Made by a program: the position numbers and the translations under genes. Below are positions 1 through 11,754 of a DNA stretch of 64,000 nt, piece by piece (positions within the stretch are counted from its first letter, which is position 1; each line of letters begins with the position of its first letter). The notes below the pieces were generated by a model. It did no database searches. It saw nothing but the letters and a program-made list of their open reading frames with translations, and had not been told where the DNA came from. The DNA comes from Podarcis vaucheri (taxonomy: Eukaryota): NCBI GenBank assembly GCA_965113315.1, contig OZ220371.1, one strand, 5' to 3'.

Positions 1-268
1 ATGCCCATGAAAATGCAGAAACAACTTATGGTCTGTAACAAGCTCAGGCAGAACGCTCATCATCAGTTCGTTTAACTTTACATACCGTATTAAAGATTCA
101 ATATTGTAGGTTAAATCTGCACTTTAGTCACTAGGTGGCAATACAGACAGCAGCAGAGAGAGTTAAAATATTTCCAAAACTCATTCTCGGATCTCATCAT
201 TAGTACATGATGCATAGAAAGTCCGGGGAAGGGGAGGGAATGTAGGTTGATGAACCAGAAAACATATA

Positions 269-495
269 CAGTGGTACCTCGGGTTAAGTACTTAATTTGT
301 TCCGGAGGTCCGTTCTTAACCTGAAACTGTTCTTAACCTGAAGCATCACTTTAGCTAATGGGGCCTCCTGCTGCCCCTACGCCGCCAGAGCACAATTTCT
401 GTTCTCATCCTGAAGCAAAGTTCATAACCCAAGGTACTATTTCTGGGTTAGCGGAGTCTGTAACCTGAAGCACATGACCAAGCGTATTACCACTG
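269..495. mobile_element. Tc1/mariner(pogo)-type MITE, family A (TIR CAGTGGTACCTC)
   Basis: TA-flanked, TIR, homologous to copies at 1279, 12470 and 34937. Confidence 0.8.
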
Positions 496-1278
496 TAATA
501 GACATAGATCTTCAAAGGAGCCTTTGCAGCCTGCAATTTACAAAACTGCTAGAGGCTGTGCTCACATTGCTTACCAACACCACAAAATCCCTCCCTGGCC
601 AACCCCCTCCCTTTACACCTCCCCCAATCTATGGAGGTTGCCAGGATTTTTGTTAGGGGCAGGCAGGACTTTGGGGGGGGGGGACTTTGGTCAGAACCAA
701 CGTGATTGGTCAGTTAGTTAAGTATTTCTATTGTTTTACTTGATCTAGGGGGGCAACTGCCCCCCCCCGGCTACCCATGCCCCAATTCCTTCTCCTTACA
801 GATCACCCAAACCCTGACCTACCCTTCACAGATGCCAAAGCCATGCCCAGATAATTCAAAGCACAATAACACCTGCAGCAGCAGCTGGTCGTTCCAGTAG
901 GATTGCCAAGCAAAAACCAGTACACCCTGAAAGTTGTTGAGGTTTTAGGAAGACCTCAACATTGTTGAGCTTCTTTTTAGGAAACCACCGAAATTGTTGT
1001 TGAGCTTTTCTTTACAAAAACGATAAAAACACAATTTTTTGATTGACTTGCCTAAGATCCAAGTTAAAGCACCACCTTCTGGAAATGCTCCCCCCACCCC
1101 ATTGTTTGTAAGCCAGGCTCCTTGGAGTACAGGAAATACATTACCAGAGAATTTATTGGCATATAACTCTCATTTTGCTTTGTATTTACGTACTTAAGCC
1201 CAGATTGTGGCCTTATAAATATATATGGAATTTATTCCTTGTTGGCCAAGTTGTTGATATTTGTCATGTTTTAATTTA

Positions 1279-1494
1279 CAGTGGTACCTCGGGTTAAGAA
1301 CTTAATTTGTTCCGGAGGTCCGTTCTGCCCCTGAAGCTATTCTTAACCTGAAGCACCACTTTAAGCTAATGGGGCCTCCTGCTGCCGGAGCATGATTTCT
1401 GTTCTCATCCTGAAGCAAAGTTCTTAACCCGAGGTACTATTTCTGGGTTAGCGGAGTCTGTAACCTGAAGTGTCTGTAACCCGAGGTACCACTG
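1279..1494. mobile_element. Tc1/mariner-type MITE, family A
   Basis: TA|CAGTGGTACCTCGGGTTA ... TAACCCGAGGTACCACTG|TA. Confidence 0.85.
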
Positions 1495-2067
1495 TACTGA
1501 CATGGTCTACATTTTGTACATTTGTATTTCCTATGTTCTGTAATTTGATGCTTTTAATGTTAGCTGTTAGGTCGCTTTGGGTACATTTCATTGTGGAAAA
1601 GCGGCATTAAAGTAAACTCAATCAATTAAGAGTTGGCGGCTACAGCAGTAGCCTTTCTCCTGCAGCCAGCAGAGCCACAGGAAGGCTTGCAAAGGCCACT
1701 CTGCACTGATAGGGCCTCCCCTTTTCTACCCCACCTGCTTCTGTTTGCCCCTTCCCCTCCCCTTACAGCCCTGCCCATAACAGGTGGGGCAGACCAGGGC
1801 TCTGCTGCCTTCCCTCAGCCTCCAGCACTGCTGTGGCCTTAGTGACAGGGTAGGTGAGAGAGTGTCAACAGAGTAGGATAGTCCTGGCCGTTCCTCTGCA
1901 GCTCGCCTGGGCTGCTTGCTTGCCTCCCTGCCTGCTGTTCTGCAAGTCATGTTGCACTTTGCACGGCCACCAGCTTTTGCCCTGCTGAGTATGTTATCTT
2001 GATATTGGGGTTTTAGTGTGAAATTGTGGCCTTACTTGTTGCAGGCCTCTGTGAGTGATGCATACTA

Positions 2068-2446
2068 GGGATGTGGGTGACGCTGTGGTCTAAGCCTCTT
2101 GGGCTTGCCGATCAGAAGGTCGGCGGTTTGAATCCCTGCGATGGGGTGAGCTCCTGTTGCTCTGTCCCAGCTTCTGCCAACCTAGCAGTTGGAAAGCACA
2201 CCAGTGCAAGTAGATAAATAGGTACCACTGCGGCGGGAAGGTAAGCAGTGTTTCCATGCGCTCTGGTTTCCATCACGGTGTTCCGTTGCGCCAGAAGTGG
2301 TTTAATCATGTTAACCACATGACCAAGAAAGCTGTCTGTAGACAAACATCAGCTCCCTCAGCCTGAAAAGTGTGATGAATGTTGCACCCCATAGTTGCCT
2401 TTGACTGGACTTAACCGTCCAGGAGTCCTTTGCCTTGCCTTACCTT
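2068..2446 (+). mobile_element. Sauria SINE
   Basis: tRNA-derived head (GGCGCTGTGG..GGTTCGAATCC type), core AGTAGATAAATAGGTACC, ACCTTT-type tail; six homologous copies in window. Confidence 0.85.
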
Positions 2447-2931
2447 AGTAGAGATATGCTCTGAGTGTGCCCCAAATAACATGGCAAATTGGAGTGATTC
2501 TGGCAGGTTTTCATGTGCCCAAATGGAATTAACAAGGCTTCTCAAGGTCCCTCTGTGGCCTTGTTTCCCCTCAAAGAAGTTAGATGTGCAGCCTTCCCCC
2601 TGCCCCCACTTCGCCTTTTCTTTTCTTAGAAATGAAACCAGACTGATTGGGGAAACGCCCAGAACTCCAGAGGGGGTGGAGAGGTAGAAGGGATCGACAG
2701 ACGTTTAATTATTTCCCCAGTGCACTGCAATCACAGTGTTTGCGGGGAAAGATGTTGAAGTAAATAAACAGTTGTTCTTCAGTTGGGTTGTCATTCTTGT
2801 ACACAATCCATTTGGCTATGAAAAGCAAGCAGCTAGAATTGACTACTGGGATAGCTTGCTTCCTTCCCAATCATTCTTCCTCCTACCAAACAATTAAAAA
2901 TCATTTCTTTCTCTTTCTCTTCTTCACAAAG

Positions 2932-2952
2932 GGCACTGTCAGAAAGGACTGA
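2932..2952 (+). CDS. CPZ: probable CPZ coding exon 2 fragment, truncated by gap and in opposite orientation to exon 1
   Basis: Long polypyrimidine tract + AAG acceptor, then phase-1 GG CAC TGT CAG AAA GGA CTG A = (G)HCQKGL, comparable to recalled chicken CPZ GQCQTAQK. Confidence 0.45.
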   Translation, partial: GTVRKD

Positions 2953-3187
2953 NNNNNNNNNNNNNNNNNNNNNNNNNNNNNNNNNNNNNNNNNNNNNNNN
3001 NNNNNNNNNNNNNNNNNNNNNNNNNNNNNNNNNNNNNNNNNNNNNNNNNNNNNNNNNNNNNNNNNNNNNNNNNNNNNNNNNNNNNNNNNNNNNNNNNNNN
3101 NNNNNNNNNNNNNNNNNNNNNNNNNNNNNNNNNNNNNNNNNNNNNNNNNNNNNNNNNNNNNNNNNNNNNNNNNNNNNNNNNNNNNNN
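2953..3187. other. assembly gap
   Basis: Run of N. Confidence 1.
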
Positions 3188-4157
3188 AAGTCCCTGGACC
3201 TTTTGTATGAACTTTGTTGAGCTTCTTACCCAGGACTGCCACATTCATATCCCCAGTTTTCAAACTGATTTTGCCCATAACAAACTGAGGGAGAGAACTT
3301 GATTGCCAGTTTAGGGTGGGAAAACAAAAGTGTGAGCTTGTAGGAGAACTGCTGTGTCTATTCCCCCCCCCCCCTGAAATCTGGCAGTCTTCATCCCCTC
3401 AGAAGAGGGGGCCTTGTCTTCAGTTTTAAATTGTCTTTGGTTTGCATCTAATTCAGAAAAAAGTTGAGACTTTGGGCAGTACCCAACTAAGCAGCTATGC
3501 TAGTGCAACAACATTTAGCTGCACAATGTATTGTGCCAAATTTGGTCCAGGGGTTCCCCCAACCTTCTGGAGCAGATTTGTTTTGTGGGGGGAGTGCAGG
3601 GAGTGGGGAAGTTACATTGCACAGCTAAACGTTATTGCACAAGCATAACTGTTCACTTGGATACAGCCCTAAAGATTCCCTAAGCAAAAAAAACCCCTGA
3701 ATGGATCTGCCTGATCAAACAGGTTTAAACCACTCCTTTGACTGCAAATTTCATCCACTTATGTGAAATGGGGGAATTAATAGCAAGTTTTATATCTCCC
3801 ATTATAGTCAATGGGCGTGAAACAGCTTCAAATTTAACATATCAGAGTTGGACCCAAATACTGAATCAAAATGATACAGCACAGATTCAAAACGGGTGGA
3901 GCTGTTTCAAAGCACAGCAGATACAAGGCAGATATTGTGGCCACTGCACACATTAAAAAAACGGGATGTACATTCCAATGCGGCATAGTTAAATAAATAG
4001 TTTCTCCAGCTTTGTATTTCTGGAATTTACCCTGTAAGGAATGATGGATGGGTGACAAGTAGACCAACAGAATTTATCTCTGCACATGGAAGGAAACTTT
4101 CTCTAAAACTTAACCATAGGTTAAACTTAACCAATCTAACTTTCCAATATGACTTGT

Positions 4158-4495
4158 AAAAGGTAAAGGGACCCCTGACTGTTAGGTCCAGTCGCCGATG
4201 ACTCTGGGGTTGCGGCACTTTATTGGTCGAGGGAGCTGGCGTACAGCTTCCAAGTCATGTGGCCAGCATGACTAAGCTGCTTCTGGTGAACCAGAGCAGC
4301 GCACGGAAACACCGTTTACCTTCCCACCGGAGCGGTACCTATTTATCTACTTGCACTTGACGTGCTTTCGAACTGCTAGGTTGGCAGGAGCAGGGACTGA
4401 GCAACGGGAGCTCACCCCTTCACGGGGATTCAAACCACTGACCTTCTGATCCCGAGCCCGAGGCTCAGTGGTTTAGACCACAGCACCACCTGCAT
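4158..4495 (-). mobile_element. Sauria SINE
   Basis: Reverse complement of the same family. Confidence 0.85.
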
Positions 4496-5477
4496 GGCTC
4501 AGATTGCTAAAGAGATTGCAGGATATGGGGTACATACCTCCACCTTTGGTGGGAGTGCCCCCTGGTTCAATCATTTAGGTTGGCAGTTTTCAAAGAAATT
4601 GAATTTATTCAGTTTGCCCCACAGCTTTCCCTTTTGCCTTTGTTTGAAGGTAGTAATAATGACATGAAATCCAACAAACTTTAAATTCTGCAAGCCTTTC
4701 TATCGTCCAAAAATAGAAAAGGTTATCTGGCCTCTGTGTTTCCTCATGACTGAATAATGTTTGGAACTTTGCTTTGCTAGAAAAGATAACTTGGCATTTA
4801 GGGCTATTAATGGCATTGCAAAACTGGTCTCTTTTCATTCTGCATGGGAGGAATTCATCTTTTATGCAAATACCTATCAGTTGCATCAAATGTTACCTGC
4901 TGCTTCCCTGGACATATGGAGCATGTGGTCCTTAAAAAAGCACTGACATTATTATTATTAGTATTATTACCATTACTACTATTATTATTTGCAACTTTCA
5001 TGTACCCTTTACATATGCACTATTGACCTGAATCCAATATCCTGTGTTTTTGATCCAGAGTTCTCTTTTGTTTCGTTTTTTATAAGCTTGCTTATACAAA
5101 AATCCAATAAAAATATTAAAAAATAAAATAACATAGAAATGATGAATGGACATAATGCACAATGGTAAGTCCTACAGCTGGATAGAAAGGAAAAATAAAC
5201 AAAGAAAAGGAGGCAGGTTTTCGAACTTCCTCTCCTTTTCCCCTGATGGGGCCTCACCATGCCTGGCAACATGACTGGAGCCTGTGTCTGCCACTGAGCT
5301 GACCCAGCGCTTAGAAGTAGAGATGGGGCTATTCTAACTGCTCCTGCAAGCTACAACTGGGGCCTTGGCTACCACAAGTTAGTTGTGGAGAGCTCTGGCC
5401 ATGGCTGCCACCCTCCTCTTCTCTCTGGCAGCCCCAGATGACCCACATGTAATGGGGAGAAGCAGGGCTGGCCAGGG

Positions 5478-5971
5478 CAGGGGTCTGCAACCCGCGGCTC
5501 TGGAGCCGCATGTGGCTCTTTTACACCTTTGCCGTGGCTCCAGGGTGGATACTAGCGAGGGGAGGAGGCGCATTGTGCGCCCCGACACTCCCCACTGTGG
5601 CGGGCGCTGTACGTACTGGCTGTGACGTCGCATGGGGGCGGTGCATGCGTTAGTCACGCACCGTCCCGACGTCACCTGCCCGCCTGCTACATTGTAAGGG
5701 GCATGTACGCTGGTCACTGCATTGAAAGGGGGCATGTACGCTGGTCACTGTTTTGAAGGGGCGTGAAGAACACACGCACAAAAAAAGATAACTTGTTAAT
5801 TTAACGTTTATTTCTATGAGGAGGAGTAATTCTGAGGGGTCAAACAAAGAAATAATAAAAAAGTGAGAAAAAAGTTATTTTTATAATGACGAGTTTTGCA
5901 GCTCCCAGGTTTTTTTTCCTTCGGAAACGGGTCCAAGTGGCTCTTTTTGTCTTAAAGGTTGCAGACCCCTG
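5478..5971. mobile_element. hAT-type non-autonomous element
   Basis: 15-bp TIR CAGGGGTCTGCAACC; 8-bp TSD GGCCAGGG/GGCTAGGG. Confidence 0.85.
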
Positions 5972-6486
5972 GGCTAGGGCCATCTTGCCCCTAGACATTT
6001 TGTTTGGGATGCCCTGCCTCCTCCTTTTCCTCCACTGCAAGCATGCCATAGCAGCACCACTGTCTCCCCCACAGCTGTGCTATGCCACCACCACCAGCAG
6101 CAGCAGTGGCAGGCCATACCTGTGCCAGAGGAGGCAGTGGTGGGGTGCACTCACAGCAGAAGAAGAGGCAGCAGCACACTCCTCAGACCCACATCTGCTG
6201 TCTGAAGAGGCCACCTCACGTTGCCTCATGGGTGGGTGGGCAAGCTCTGTGTAGATTGTTCCGGGGCCTTAAAATAGCAACTCAATTTACAGAGATATAT
6301 GGAAACAGCTACGGATAAACTGGGGGTGCTATGGATATGTGTGTAGCTCTTTTGTCTTAAGGGATGGAGGTACCACCAAAATTTAAATTCCAGTTTTTAA
6401 TTTTGAAATTTGCACCCATATATACATTAGCATGTATGTTTTATGCAAATTTGTTTCTTCTTTTTGGTGATGTTTATCCTCACTGT

Positions 6487-6853
6487 GAGACGTGGGTGGC
6501 GCTGTGGTCTAAACCACAGAGCCTAGGGCTTGCCGATCGGAAGGTCGGCAGTTCGAATCACCGTGACGGGGTGAGCTCCCATCGCTCAGTCCCAGCTCCT
6601 GCCAACCCAGCAGTTCAAAAGTATGTCGAAGTGCAAGTAGATAAATAGGTACCGCTCCGGCGGGAAGGTAAACGGCGTTTCTGCGCGCTGCTCTGGTTCA
6701 CCAGAAGCAGCTTAGTCATGCTGGCCACCTGACCCAGAAAAACTGTCTGTGGACAAACGTCACCTCTCTCGGCCAATAAAGCGAGATGAGTGCCGCAACC
6801 CCAGAGTCATTTGCGACTGGACTTAACTGTCAGGGTCCTTTACCTTTACCTTT
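6487..6853 (+). mobile_element. Sauria SINE
   Basis: Full length, tail TTTACCTTTACCTTTA. Confidence 0.87.
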
Positions 6854-8689
6854 ATCCTCCTTGCGGCAGTGCATAAGTGGCCACTCTAGGTCATTGGCTG
6901 GCTGGCTGGATGAATGAGAGAGAGAAAATCCATCTAGACAAATGCCCTTGCTTAGTAGGACCTCTAGATCTGTCAGTGCAGATGCCATTTGCTTGGGCTT
7001 GCTCCACTGCTGTGGAGTTGCACTCCTCTTGAAGAATCAGGTGTGCAGCTAGGTAGTGTTCCTGGACCCAGGTCTACTCCTGAATGAATGCTCAGGGAGC
7101 TGCTGTGGCAAGGACTGCCTTTGCCCAGCTGAGACTGGCACACCAGCTTCAGCAATTTGTAAAGAAGGCAGATTTGACCATGGTCACACATAACTGAGTC
7201 ATATCAAAGAGTCCTATAATGCTCTTCATTTGGAGCTACCTTTGAAGAGTGTCCAGAAACTTCAGCTGGTTGCAAAATGCTGCAGTCAGACTTTTGACTG
7301 ATTCCAGATACTAGGAACATGTGACTTCTTTGCTAGATCTTCATGACCTGCTAGCCAGGTTGTAGGCCCACTTCAAAGTGCTGGTGACTAGGATACTGGA
7401 AGGACCATCTCCTACCTTAGGAACCTGCCCATTCCCCAGCGTCACCAGGATAGGCCCTGTTTCATGTCAAGCTGACCTTGCAGAAACAAGGCTGGCCTGA
7501 GACATTTTGGCGCCTGAGGTGAACCACAAGGGAAGAAGGGGTGAGTGAAGATTTACATCAGGAACATGGGGGAGGAGTAAAGATCTACATCGGGAACAGG
7601 ATGGGGGGTTAAATCAACCTTATCCAACAGTTGTGGGAATCAAAGGCCATGGGGGGTAGGGCTGGGCAGAGAAGAGGCCTGCTCTGAATCCTGCTGGATG
7701 GACGCAGAGCCCAGGAGAACCCAGCAGGCAGCCCCCCATCATTTTCTCCCTAGGGGTAGGAGACCAGCAGCACCTCCTATTTCCCCAAGAGGCTGCTGTA
7801 GAGGCAGCATTGGGGGGGGGCTGCCGAGGAGGGAGGTAGATCTGACCTCCAATGAATGTGCTGTAGCCATTGCTACCACTGTGACGGCAGCAGTGGGCGA
7901 TGCATTCCTTGGACGTCTGATCTTTTGCCCCTGTGGGTCCTGCTGCCTGAGGCAGTCACCTCACCTTGCCTTATGGATGGACCAGCCCGGCCCTAGTGGC
8001 CACTGTGAGCCGGAGCACCTTTTTCCAGGTTAGACTGCCATGACAACTACAGCCCTACCCGGATATGGTAGGCATAGAGCTGCCTTTGAAAACAGTGAAG
8101 AAACTCCACTTAGTTTATATGATGGCTAAAAGACTGTTAACTGAGCACATCATATTGTTTTGCCATCTTCACCAGCTCCCAGTCAATTTTTGGCTCCAAG
8201 TCAAGGTGCTGGTTTACAGAGCTTGATGTTTGATAAGACGTCCATCCTTGCACCAAGGTCCTCTCCTGACTCTTGCTAGGAAGCCAACCCTCCCCACTGG
8301 CTCAGATTGCCCAAGGAGGCCAGTTCAGGGTTGGAGCAGGTTCCTTGGCTCTGAAAGACCCATGGGATGCCACGCAAATATGCCACGAGGGACCCTGCTG
8401 CCTGCGCTGCTGGCCCAAGCCTACCAGCATTAAATGTCAAGGCTGGGATCAGTTCCCTGGCTGCGTTCTAGGGGCAGGTTGTGGAACTGGGTACAATGAA
8501 GGAAACCAGTTCCCTCCCCCAAAACTTTTTGAGCTGCCACAAATGCTTCCGAATATTTATAATAATAAACAGAAAGAATGGAGATGAGTATCATACAGGA
8601 GGAAAAAGAATGATCTTACAGAGTTTGCCAGCCTGGTTCTGAAAACCTGGTTCTTGAAGGCAGCGAGTAGGAGAAGAGAAGATGAGCAG

Positions 8690-9790
8690 AGCCGCCGCCC
8701 CCCTTTTAGCCCCCTCTTTCTGCTTCCTCCAGCCAGGAGCTGAAGTCCCCTTATGGCTTCCCAGGGCCCGATGGAGCGCGCAGCAGACGGAGGCACCGGG
8801 GAATGAAACTTACTGGTTTTAAGGAGCCCTTTGCTCCTTATCTCTTTCAGACTTGAAGGGGTCCACGTTCAAAGTTAAATGCACAGGAGACCAAAAGCGC
8901 GCGCGCACAATCACAGGCGAGGGACCGTCCCCTTTGAATAGTGAGTCTGGCCAAGACTCTGTTCCTGGAAAGAGGAAATCTCACGTCTCTCCGCATCCTC
9001 CGAGGCTTCAGCCGCTGCAGGGACGGGGCGATCCTGCTATGCTCTGCAGGATACCAGCCCTTGAGCCGGCGCTTCAATGGCAAACGCCCCCCCCCCCGCG
9101 CCCAGCTCCCCCTCTCCCGAAGCGCCGCTTTGTGGCTGATCGCCTTACCTTGAGCCCCCTGGCCGGGCTGGCAGGCGGGGGCGGCGGGGTACAGGGTGCC
9201 CACGAGGGCGCCCACGAGCAGAGGGAGCCACATGCCGGGGGGGGGGCCTTCGCGCGTGGCCGACGCCGTGATGTGGCAGCACCGGCCAGCGGCTCCTCCA
9301 CGTCGATGGAGCCACACGCGCGCGCTGCTCTCTGGCCAGCCGCGAAGGGACCGAGCGCGCTACAAGTGCGCGCCCGCGTATTATGGGATATACGGCGCGG
9401 GGATCGGGTTACAGCGGCTGGTATTCCTGGGTGGAAAAACAGATTTATAGGAGCCTCGGGCTGGGAAGGGGAATGGGGAGGAAGCGGGGGGTGGGGGGCT
9501 CCTTTCTCCGCCAGGCGCGCGCATCCTGCCAGATCTGGCCGCTCCTCCTCCTCCCTGAGCGAGCAAGACCCCAGCAGCACGTTTGCTGCAGCAGCTGCTA
9601 GTGCACCGATGCTTCAAAGCCAGCCCTTGCCGCACCCCCGCCAGGATCAAGGCATCTTTCGGCCAGCCACCCCCAACTCTTCGCTCAGCGCTCAAGTCAT
9701 GGAAAGGTAGAAGGCAAGGCGGCAAGAGCGCACCTGTTCGGAGATCCAGCCAAGCCAACCTGGAACAGAAGCTCTGTTCCGGCGACCTTG
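8690..9790 (-). promoter_or_regulatory. CpG island / CPZ promoter with TATA-like CTATAAAT (minus strand, 9443-9450)
   Basis: High GC and CpG density; TATA-like motif about 210 bp upstream of the candidate CPZ ATG. Confidence 0.6.
9149..9233 (-). CDS. CPZ: carboxypeptidase Z, coding exon 1 (signal peptide)
   Basis: MWLPLLVGALVGTLYPAAPACQPGQGAQ(G) followed by strong donor AG|GTAAGG inside a CpG island. Resembles recalled chicken CPZ N-terminus (..EPAPRCETGQETLG); CPZ is the syntenic neighbour downstream of TRMT44 on the same strand. Confidence 0.75.
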
Positions 9791-10338
9791 TTTAAGGATA
9801 CCAGCCCCAAACTAGAGGGCTTCATTGCTATTTAGCAGGGAGGGGTCCTGGAATGTAGAAGGGAACAAAGGTGCTTTTCCCTCTCCTGGAATATCCTCAA
9901 ATGGCATGGCTTTATTGGGGAGTGGGGTACATTGGTGCACATTTCTCTCATGCCCATTCTAAGTTTTGACACATTCAGTTTCTGCAGCATCCAACTGTTC
10001 TGCGTGGATAGGCGGTCCAGGCGACAGACCATTGAGCCTCAGGAGCTCTTTAGGGGAAATGGCACAGGCAGGCTTGCCCCTTTTTCTCTCTTAAAAGCTC
10101 TAGCCTCCAACCAGCCTCTTTCCTTTCTCCACACAAGAAGTCAGTCACAGAGCTGTGGGGGAGCTGCTTTTCTGGGACCAGATGATCTCCATGAGTCACA
10201 GGAAGTTAAATATTGCCCCATCTCAGCATTCTTTGCTCATGCCCCTTCCTGGGAAGTTAGAACTGCCAAAAGGGAAACTGGTCAAGTTCTGAATGTGATC
10301 TTTTCAGGAAGAGTAATGCCAAACAGAGCAGGCTAGAG

Positions 10339-10473
10339 CAGGCATAGGCAAACTCGGCCCTCCAGATGTTTTGGAACTACAACTCCCATCATCCCTGACC
10401 ACTGGTCCTGTTAGCTAGGGATGATGGGAGTTGTGTCCCAAAAAATCTGGAGGGCCGAGTTTGCCTATGTCTG
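10339..10473. mobile_element. palindromic hAT-type MITE (~135 bp)
   Basis: TIR CAGGCATAGGCAAACT, TSD GGCTAGAG/GGCTAAAG. Confidence 0.8.
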
Positions 10474-11509
10474 GGCTAAAGTCTATCCCCCCAAGACAAA
10501 GTAGAGTTACCTGAATGAAGCTTCAGTTTATCAGCATTTGTTTGTTGTAGAAACACACCCTACTTTTACCTTTAATGTTAGGGACTTCAAGGTTCTGTAA
10601 CATGGCTCCCCACAAGCAGCGTAATACAACAGACACAAACAGTAAAAGTTTTATTTATTTGTGAAGGAAGTAGACTAAGATTCAGGTCTCCAAAGTGCTG
10701 AAACCCTATTAGTGTGAGGTTTAGAACTGTCAAAGTATAGTTCTGACCCCAAGCCCCCTTCCCCATTTTGTCAGTTTATTAAAAAGGTTCCCCACCCCCA
10801 GCTACTTTAATGTGCAAACCCACAGCGGGTAGGTGTGTCATGGGTGAATGTGGTCCTCTGCCCAACACAGGTTAGTTCACCTTGTTTAAATGGAAATCAG
10901 GGCAGGTTAACAAAGGGGCGCTTATGTCCAAAAGGAAATTACAGGACATAGCTCAGGAAAGCTCAGATCTGTGCCTCCCTCGCACTGACACATCTTCAGA
11001 GCTTATATATCAAAACTCTTCTCCCCTCCCTCTTTCACAGAAACAAAAATGATTCATTCTGTGTTCTTTTCATTACACCAAACATGTAAAAAGAGTATGT
11101 GCCTCGATGTGTTTGAGACAGCGCAAAAGCAACTGGCATCGCAAAGTCATACAGTGACATTTGCCCATCAGATATGTAATTTCAGAGGCAGATTTGGCTC
11201 AAGGTTGTTCTGAGATACGATTGAAACAAAATGAACACTATAAACTATAACCTCTGAGTTATTCAGAGAATTCAGAAGACTATCAAGGTTGAAATTCAAC
11301 AGACCAATGGACTTTCGTATTGTTAGGAAAGCACATCGACCATCCAACTATGGATCCTGCCAAGAAGAGATTTAAAAAACCTTTATTCTCTTACCACAGA
11401 GGGGATTCTCAGAGAAGAGCAGGCATAAAGTGGAACAAAACATAAATGTCACCACTGTACAATCAATGTGCATAAAATTCCATCAGAAATCCATCCAAGT
11501 AGCATAAGC

Positions 11510-11754
11510 TTAACTCCCAAATCCTTTATCGTTTGTCGCTTTTTTCAGAGATGGCTTCAACTCCTCACTACCGTGAGCATAACAACAGAGTTCCGAAGAC
11601 AACGGACAGCCCTGAGGATGGTGGATGTGAAACCAACACAGGCGTGTTTTAAGTGCTTTAGAAGGAAGTCTTTGCTTAAGCTGCTTGCCAGGCTTGTTTT
11701 TCCTTGGTGGTTTCCATTCTCGCCAATCACGAATATGAACTTTCCCATTTAGAA
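11510..11754 (-). CDS. TRMT44: TRMT44 coding exon 11 (C3H1 zinc finger, stop)
   Basis: (V)LNGKVHIRDWR...KTRLCWFHIHHPQGCPLSSELCCYAHG...GFGS*. Confidence 0.94.

Noticed and set aside
6487-6570. tRNA gene-like A/B boxes
   Set aside because: These are Sauria SINE heads, not tRNA genes.
8853-9710. 285-aa plus-strand ORF and overlapping ORFs in the CpG island
   Set aside because: Low-complexity Pro/Ala/Gly/Arg content from high GC, no domain; antisense to the CPZ signal-peptide exon.
10596-10948. Possible solo LTR supplying the TRMT44 poly(A) signal
   Set aside because: TG start and minus-strand AATAAA are present, but I found no matching TSD or clear end; a nearer AATAAA exists at 11382-11387.
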